Assembly: GCF_006345805.1 (NCBI RefSeq)
Contig: NW_021833615.1
Location: forward strand, 1 to 57,336
Length of the DNA: 57,336 bases
DNA from: Octopus sinensis
Lineage: Eukaryota
Reading direction: 5' to 3'
Position 1 is the stretch's first letter. Each line of letters opens with the position of its first letter. A model generated the notes under the pieces. The model saw only the letters and a list, made by a program, of their open reading frames with translations. It had not been told where the DNA came from and did not search any database. This document shows, piece after piece, positions 48,979-57,336 of the stretch. A program made the position numbers and the translations under genes.

Positions 48979-49739
48979 ATTATGCATGTGTGAGTGTGCA
49001 CACTCGTGCATATGTGCGTGTGTGTGTATGCACATGTGTGTGTGAGGGAGGGAGAAGGGGCTGCGGGAGAGGGAGAGAAAAGAGGGTAAGAGAGAGGCTA
49101 GAGGGCAGATGGGAGATAGGGAGCAGAGGGGGATAGGGGAAGGAGGCAGAGGAATGATGGGGAGAGAGAGGGGCAAATGGAAGTGCGGTGGTGTGGGGAG
49201 AGATGAAGAGACAGGGAGAGGAATGAGGAGGCAGGAGAGAGGGGAATCAAGGAGAGAGGAGAGGAAAGAAATGAGAGAGGGGGTGGAGAGAGAGAGAGAA
49301 AGAAAGGGAGAAAGAGAAGGAAGAAGAGAAGAGAGAGAGAGAGAGATATCACCAAAATGAAACAAATTCTTGTAACAGAGGCAAATAAGATATTTCCTCT
49401 AATACCAAATTCAACCAAATTCTTCACCAGTTCCAGCACCAACTAAAATCCCTTCCTTCAGACTAGGAACTCCTCCCAAAGGAGTGGATGGAAATGTGTC
49501 CCTTCCGGCACTGACATGAAACAAATTATCTCCTGTGGGGTAGAATTTGCTATTTAGCAGAAAGGACAATAAGACATGAAGCCCCCCACCCCAGAGGAAT
49601 TTAGGGTTCACAGAAAATATTAAGAAAGGTCAGAGAGGACTTGAAAAAGGCAATCCCCCGCAATTTTCAAACAACAAGGTCATTATTTACAAAGTAAAAA
49701 GAACGAAAAAAAAAAGGGGGAAAAAAAGACAAAACAAAT

Positions 49740-50320
49740 GAGGATGCTGATGATAGTGATAATGATGTTGCTATTTATACTGATGATGATGGTGGTTATT
49801 CATGGTGGTGGTGGTGATGATGGTTGTGGTCATGATGATGATGGTCATGATGATGATGGTCATGATGATGATGGTCATGATGATGATGGTCATGATGATG
49901 ATGGTCATGATGATGATGGTCATGATGATGGTCATGATGATGATGGTCATGATGATGATGATAGTGGTGGTGGTCATTGTGGTGGTGGTGGTGGTGGTGG
50001 TGATGATGATGATGGTAGCCAAGACGATGATGATCAGGATAATGGTACCGATGACCGCAACAGCAACAACGACACTAATGATGATGGTGGTGGTGGTGGT
50101 GGTGGTGATGAGGATGATGATGTGATGGTAATGATGACAGCTAAAATTACAGTAATGATAGTGGTGATGATGATGATGATGATGAAGACGAATATAATAT
50201 AGGTGATAACAATGATGATGATCTCAATGATATTGTTAATGATGAAGGGAGGCAATGATGATGATGGTGGTGGTGGTGGTGGTGGTGGTGGTGGTGGTGA
50301 TGATGATGATGATGATGATA
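49740..50320. repeat. (GAT/GGT)n mosaic with a 15-bp GATGATGATGGTCAT minisatellite
   Basis: Direct reading. Confidence 0.9.
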
Positions 50321-50532
50321 CCAAGAAGAGAGAGGAGACATCATTACCATAAATATACATATCTCCAAAACGAATATAAATTCATAATCATAAATTCATA
50401 TAAATTCAACAGAAGTCGGATCACCACGGGCCCCATTTGAGGGTTCTTGACATTGATAAGGGTGAATGGGTGAAGCTAAAGAGGAGGGGGAAAAAAAAAA
50501 GCAGAAGTCTGTATTGATTGATTCTATATATA

Positions 50533-51134
50533 TATTTCCTTATTACCCATAAGGGGCTAAACATAGAGGGGACAAACAAGGACAGACAAACGGATTAAGT
50601 CGATTAGATCGACCCCAGTGCGTAACTGGTACTTAATTTATCGACCCTGAAAGGATGAAAGGCAAAGTCGACCTCGGCGGAATTTGAACTCAGAACGTAA
50701 CGGCAGACGAAATACCTATTTCTTTACTACCCACAAGGGGCTAAACATAGAGGGGACAAACAAGGACAGACAAAAGGATTAAGTCGATTACATCGACCCC
50801 CAGTGCGTAACTGGTACTTAATTTATCGACCCCGAAAGGATGAAAGGCAAAGTCGACCTCGGCGGAATTTGAACTCAGAACGTAACGGCAGACGAAATAC
50901 CTATTTCTTTACTACCCACAAGGGGCTAAACACAGACGGGACAAACAAGGACAGACAAATGGATTAAGTCGATTACATCGACCCCAGTGCATAACTGGTA
51001 CTTAATTTATCGACCCCGAAAGGATGAAAGGCAAAGTCGACCTCGGCGGAATTTGAACCCAGAACGTAACGGCAGACGAAATACGGCTACGCATTTCGCC
51101 CGGCGTGCTAACGTTTCTGCCAGCTCGCCGCCTT
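50533..51134 (-). mobile_element. SINE-C trimer
   Basis: Junctions at 50715 and 50900. Confidence 0.92.
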
Positions 51135-52403
51135 TGACTGATTCTATATAGCTAGTTAACTACACGTGCTGTAATGATGAAGCCAGTGAAGGAGGGAGGA
51201 AGTATATCAAAAGAAAGGTCATTGTGGAAGCAAAGCATCAAAGATGTCAAGCCATCAAGAAAGCCTCTCTTTATGTGGCATCTGGACCAGCTAGAAATAG
51301 CAGCCAAATTCCACCCCCTCCCAACAAGCTTCTTTAACCATTTGAATCCATGGATATTTTTTCTCTTCTATCTTTTACTTGTTTCCGTCATTAGACTGTG
51401 GCCATGCTGGGGCCTCACCTCGACTGAATCGACTCCAGTACTTATTTTAAAAGATTTTTCTTGAAGCTTGAATACTTAGAGGAACAGGCAGCAGAAATCC
51501 GCGAGGCAGGGCGCTAACAGGTCTGTGACACCTTTAGATGTCCGGGGCCACACCTGCAATACACCGGAGGTATCAGCAAGCACATCTCTCCCAGCCTGAG
51601 AAGAGCAGGACACCTCTAAATCACTTCTCATTATAGGGACCAGGATTGATGCAAAGACTAAGCCTACTCCCCTGAAATTACAGGCCTTGAGTCAAAATCT
51701 GAAACAAGTATTGGCTTTGACCTTATGATGGTAACATTGCCACAGAAAACACCTAATTACTAGGATAACTAGCAGAGCCATTCATCCCTGGGCCAGTGCT
51801 TATCAACAAAAGAAGAGAAGGGCTTTACTGCTTTATTTCATCAAACCTAAATAAGCGAAAAGAGTCGATAAAATAAAGAAAGAAAAGGGCAAATATTAAA
51901 TACTATACACATATTTTTCAGCGCTCAACCAAATACCTTTCTTTTTCTTCTTACTTTAGAGTAGATTGTTTTTAATCACTGTACCATGAAAAGCTTCTTA
52001 TATGTGCTGTGAAGTTTTTTGAGGCAACCCAAAGAAAATAGCACAATACCTAGAAAAAATTCTCAGTAGTTTTTTATACACCGTACCAATACATGTGTTT
52101 TCTTTTGTGGTAAAATGCAATGTATACGTTCGTCTTCACTGTAAAATGATTTTAATACCTGTTTTCATTTATTTATTTATTTATGCGCCCTTTTCAAATC
52201 TAGCCAGGCTCGTGGGCCCGGTTTCCCGGTTTCTGTGGCGTATGTGTTCCCCCCAGCTGGACAGGACGCCAGTCCATCGCAGCGTTAGTCAAGAAGCAGG
52301 AAGAGAGAGTGAGAGAAAGTTGAGGAGAAAGAGTACAACAGGGGTCGCCACGCCCCCCCTGCCGGGTGAACTATTGCTGACCAAATGGATCATGGGTAGT
52401 TTA

Positions 52404-52437
<34 letters not shown>

Positions 52438-52789
52438 TAGGGAGCGTTTTGTTCGAATAGCTTGCTGCGCATTTGTTTGGAGATTTAAATTCCTGGTTTT
52501 TCCTGAAGAGAAAGCTGCAAAATGGTCTCCTTATTCAATCCGAATTAGGGAATTTGCAGCCTTTGAAACATGTGTAGAAAATAATAAAAAGGAATTTTGT
52601 AGAATCTTCGTTCAGCTCCATTTCTTCCCTTCACTAAATATATAAAACTTCAATTATCCGCGCTAAGGCACGGTTGCGACACCCCATGGTTGTAACCTTA
52701 ACCGTGTTTTTTCTGTTGTGATTTTTGCTACCCAGGTATCGGTTAAATTTTGAATAATCCATAACAAGATAATTCATTTATCCATTTCA

Positions 52790-52822
<33 letters not shown>

Positions 52823-52824
<2 letters not shown>

Positions 52825-53150
52825 AATAAGAAAATGGAGGAACAGATTCCATTCAATCATCGACTTACAGATATTACCAATTCATATTATTTATTAACTA
52901 CTTAAATAGGAACATCCAAATCCAACAAAATAAAACAGAATAAAACAATATACATCAATAAGTAAGATAATACCATAAAAATAATACATATAAAATGGAT
53001 CTTACAGCTGTTTCAGCCTATAGATAAAGGTATCTCATTGTGCCTATATTAGTCATGTGTATTGAGGTAATATGCACTTAAAAATCAGTTACTTATAAAT
53101 ATATCTCAAGGCCTCATCAGAGATTATAAAGTACAATTATAAAAATATAA
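52823..53150 (-). mobile_element. Penelope-like terminal-repeat remnant next to (TA)n
   Basis: Carries a hammerhead with the palindromic stem III typical of Penelope-like elements; no ORF seen. Confidence 0.55.
52999..53124 (-). ncRNA. Type I hammerhead ribozyme motif
   Basis: ATCT-CTGATGA-GGCCT...AGGCT-GAAA-CAGCTG-TA^AGAT; stem I ATCT/AGAT; palindromic ACAGCTGT; GUA cleavage triplet. Confidence 0.75.
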
Positions 53151-53282
53151 AATACAAATATAAATATGAAACAAAATACATATACACAAGAATTATATAT
53201 ATTATATATAGATATATATATATATATATATATAGGTGTATATATATAACCCCTATCTCACTTTGTACTTATATATATATAT

Positions 53283-53612
53283 ATCATCATCATCATCGTT
53301 TAACGTCCGCTTTCCATGCTAGCATGGGTTGGACAGTTCAACTGGGGTCTGGGGAGCCCGAAGGCTGCACCAGGCCAGTCAGATCTGGCAGTGTTTCTAC
53401 AGCTGGATGCCCTTCCTAACGCCAACCACTCCGAGAGTGTAGTGGGTGATTTTATGTGCCACCGACACAGGTGCCAGACGAGGCTGGCAGACGGCCACGC
53501 TCGGATGGTGTTTTTTATGTGCCACCGACACAGGTGCCAGACGAGGCTGGCGAACGGCCACGCTCGGATGGTGTTTTTTTATGTGCCACCGACACAGGTG
53601 CCAGACGAGGCT
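53283..53612 (-). mobile_element. SINE-B with internal ~60-bp repeats
   Basis: Family terminus; GTGCCACCGACACAGGTGCCAGACGAGGCT occurs three times. Confidence 0.88.
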
Positions 53613-53635
53613 ATATATATTTATAAACAGGCTAG

Positions 53636-53705
53636 GGGACGCAATGGCGCAGTGGTTAGGGCAGCAGACTCGTGGTCGGAGGATCGCGGTTTCGGTTCCG
53701 AGACT
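53636..53705 (+). mobile_element. tRNA-derived SINE head fragment (SINE-D-like)
   Basis: A box TGGCGCAGTGGTTAG and B-box-like GGTTTCGGTTCC; no closing acceptor stem. Confidence 0.6.
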
Positions 53706-54248
53706 TTGAGCTGTTGACTGAGAACACTGAGTCTCATGTAATAGTGATCGTATCATGCCGTATAAATACTTATTTTCCCTACTGCTTCGTTAAATTATAT
53801 ATCTAACACCAAGATATAAAAAGACCCTACTACTAGGATCCCTCGAAAGTGGTCTTGTTGCTTCTCGCAAACATTAAGAAAAGGAATTTTTTCTGTGAGG
53901 TTTTAGTTGTGGATTGAAAACTAATGGAAAAGTCAGTGTGTATTAGGACTAGTCAAACAAAGTTGGTTTTTAAGTTGTTGAATATCAGTCAGTTGTTACG
54001 TTGCAACAGTGACAGCAGTAAAGTACATAGCAATTGGTGTCTAAGTATATAACAATTTCAATTCTATTGTTGCTGCTGGTGTTAATATTTGTGAGTTGCT
54101 GGGTTTTTCTGCTTTCTTTTCTTTTTTTTTATTTTAGTTTTCTAACATTTTACCCACAAATACATATACACACGCACACACACACACAGACATACTTTAA
54201 ATATCTATATAGTAAATATAGGCTTTCACTGTATTTTGACTATAGATC

Positions 54249-54823
54249 TATTTCTTTATTACCCACAAGGGGCTAAACACAGAGGGGACAGACATAGGTA
54301 TTAAGTCGATTACATCGATCCCAGTGCGTAACTGGTACTTTATTTATTGACCCCGAAAGGATGAAAGGCAAAGTTAACCTCGGCGGAATTTGAACTCAGA
54401 ACGTAGCGACAGACGAAATACCTATTTCTTTACTATTCACAAGGGGCTGAACACAGAGGGGACAAACAAGGACAGACATAGGTTTTAAGTCGATTACATC
54501 GACCCCAGTGCGTAACTGGTACTTTATTTATTGACCCTGAAAGGATGAAAGGCAAAGTCAACCTCGGCGGAATTTGAACTCAGAACGTAGCAACAGACGA
54601 AATACCTATTTCTTTACTATCCACAAGGGGCTGAACACAGAGGGGACAGACAAGGACAGACAGAGGTATTAAGTCGATTACATCGACCCCAGTGGGTAAC
54701 TGGTACTTAATTTATCGACCTCGAAAGGATGAAAGGCAGAGTCGACCACAGCGGAATTTGAACTCACAACATAACGGCAGACGAAATACCGCTAAGCATT
54801 TCGCCCGGCGTGCTAACGTTTCT
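54249..54823 (-). mobile_element. SINE-C trimer
   Basis: Junctions at 54421 and 54605. Confidence 0.9.
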
Positions 54824-55015
54824 AGATCTAAAAGTCTAATGTTGGGGCATATAAACCTACAACAGAAAAAAAATGGGCATTAGTAGCGTATGTGGGAATC
54901 GTATAGACTTTATATACAATTCACCTCGCAAAAAAAAAAAATCAAAGAGATGCTTTCCCAGGGTATGAAAATATAACTTGATGGTATAAACGATTTCACA
55001 TAAATGTTACACCAT

Positions 55016-55457
55016 AGCAGGAGTGGCTGTGTGGTAAGTAGCTTGCTTACCAACCACATGGTTCCGGGTTCAATCCCACTGTGTGGCATCTTGGGCAAGT
55101 GTCTTCTGCTATAGCCTCGGGCCGACCAAAGCCTTGTGTGTGGATTTGGTAGACGGAAACTGAAAGAAGCCTGTCGTATATATGTGTATATATATACCTT
55201 TCTAAAGTTTATTGACCCCGAAAGGATGAAAGGCTAAGTCGACCTCGGTGGAATTTGAACTCAGAACGTAGCGACAGACGAAATACTTATTTCTTTACTA
55301 TCCACAAGGAGCTGAATACAGAGGGGACAACAAGGACAGACATAGGTATTAAGTCGATTACATCGACCCCAGTGTGTAACTGGTACTTTATTTATTGACC
55401 CCGAAGGAAAATATATTTTGAAACTTATTAATAATGTGTATATATATATATATATAT

Positions 55458-55507
<50 letters not shown>

Positions 55508-55712
55508 ATTTGTTTGTGTGTCTGTGTTTGTCCCCCTAGCATTGCTTGACAAACGATGGTGGTGTGTTTTGTCCCGTCACTTAGCGGTTCAGCAAGAGGA
55601 CCGATAGAATAAGTACTGGGCTTACAAAGAATAAGTCCCCGGGTCGAGTTGCTTGACTAAAGGCGGTGCTCCAGCATGGCCGCCGTCAAATGACTGAAAC
55701 AAGTAAAAGAGT
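55016..55712 (+). mobile_element. SINE-A split by a partial SINE-C dimer (about 55210-55405, minus strand)
   Basis: Head at 55016-55185, tail at about 55495-55712. Confidence 0.8.
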
Positions 55713-55750
55713 ATATATATTTCTTTACTACCCACAAGGGGCTAAACACA

Positions 55751-55783
<33 letters not shown>

Positions 55784-55789
55784 CACATG

Positions 55790-56423
55790 CACATGCACCA
55801 TTCAAGCGTGATCACTACCAGCGTCACCTTAATGGCACTCAAGCCCCATGCTAGTAGGGTGCTAAGAGCACCATCCGAGTGTGATCGTTGCCAGAGCAGC
55901 TATCTGGCCTCCGTGCCGGTGGCACGTAAAAGACACCATTCGAGCGTGATCGTTACCAGCATCGCCTTACTGGCACCTGTGCCAGTGGCAGGTGTAAAAG
56001 ATTCGAGCATGGTCGTTGCCCGTACCGCCTGACTGGCCCCCGTGCCGGTAGCAAGTAAAAAGCACCCACTACACTCTCGGAGTGGTTGGCGTTAGGAAGG
56101 GCATCCAGCTGTAGACACTCTGCCAGATCAGATTGGGGCCTGGTGCAACCATCTGGTTCGCCAGCCCTCAGTCATTCATCCAACCCATGCTAGCATGGAA
56201 AGCAGACGTTAAACAATGATGATGATGATGATATATATATATATATATATATAAAGCACCCACTACACTCTCAGACTGGTTGGCATAAGGAAGGGCATCA
56301 AGCTGTAGAAACTCTGCCAGATCAGATTGGGGCCTGGTGCAGCCATCTGGTTCGCCAGCCCTCAGTCATTCATCCAACCCATGCTGCATGGAAAGCAGAC
56401 GTTAAAACGAACGATGATGATGA
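55790..56423 (+). mobile_element. SINE-B with duplicated 3' end; a third, diverged 3' end lies at 56735-56928
   Basis: AAAGCACCCACTACACTCTC...AAGCAGACGTTAAA occurs twice. Confidence 0.85.
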
Positions 56424-56438
56424 TATATATATATATAT

Positions 56439-56479
<41 letters not shown>

Positions 56480-56697
56480 ATAGATAGGATAAATGAAAGA
56501 ATAGAGTCGAACAACGATTTAAATCGTCGTTCGACTCCATTCTTTCATTTATCTATAGTAAAAAATAAACACAAATTTCCACACGAAAGCACGTGATCTC
56601 TGCCTTTGGCATGTAGCTTCAACCGTGCTTCTAACGTAAATTTTGCTACCGGGTATCAGTTAACCGAATATCCATATAGGATAATTCATTTATAATA

Positions 56698-56737
<40 letters not shown>

Positions 56738-57336
56738 CACCCGCTACACTCTCAGAATGGATGGCATTAGGAAGGGCATCCAGCTGGAGAAACTTTGCCA
56801 GATCAAGATTGGAGCCTGGTGGTGCAGCCATCTGGTTCGCCGGCCAGCCCTCAGTCAAAATCGTCCAACCCATGCTAGCAAGGAAATGCGGACGTTAAAC
56901 GATGATGATGACGATAATGATGATGATACACACACACAGACACACACACAAGCACACGCACACGCACCGCACACACAAACTCACATTTACACGTATGCAT
57001 GTGTGTTTGTGCATATCTGCGTATGAGTGCGCTGTGTCTTGTCTCTTTCTTCCAGATAATATTACTGCAAAGGCTCTGCCCTACTTTCAAACTGAACACA
57101 TAATAAATGTTTGTTTATCATACTCTTTGTATGGGCCTTTTCTTTTCCTTTCTTCTCTTTCTCCTCCTCCTCCTAAATTTGACAATGAAATATCTGACTA
57201 CTTTTGCTTTATTATAAAGGTAGGGTAGTTTTTTTTCTTTTTGTTCTTTATATAAGTACAAATATATATGTATATATATATATATATATATATAGATATA
57301 TATTTTGTGTGTGTGTGTGTGTGGTGGTATATATAG

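Noticed and set aside
53636-53705. Second tRNA gene
   Set aside because: A and B boxes are present but there is no acceptor stem; it matches the SINE-D head

Overview
Repeat-saturated, AT-rich animal genomic DNA. The SINE families resemble, from recall and unverified, those of Octopus. I find no supportable host protein-coding exon: almost the whole ORF track comes from microsatellites and SINEs. Contents: (1) at least four tRNA-derived SINE families, labelled here A-D; (2) a 5'-truncated R4/Dong-like non-LTR retrotransposon (RT plus CCHC and PD-(D/E)xK endonuclease) at 16111-17845, plus two orphan fragments; (3) several RTE-clade LINE remnants; (4) a tRNA-Cys(GCA)-like sequence followed by a SINE-type tail; (5) a cluster of four rearranged copies of one MITE with GGATC termini and 8-bp TSDs; (6) non-autonomous Helitrons, a Helentron/HINE-like element, and hAT- and piggyBac-type MITEs; (7) Penelope-type remnants with hammerhead ribozyme motifs; (8) many local tandem arrays of 98-280 bp units; (9) a CpG-island-like segment near 1.1-1.4 kb. 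Best leads: a near-canonical type I hammerhead with a palindromic stem III and oversized stem II (52999-53124, minus strand); a composite MITE that captured about 520 bp of nearby flank (5995-7030); and a SINE concatemer junction that recurs at five loci and is self-complementary. Some arrays look noisy, so assembly error must be excluded. SINE and microsatellite boundaries are approximate.
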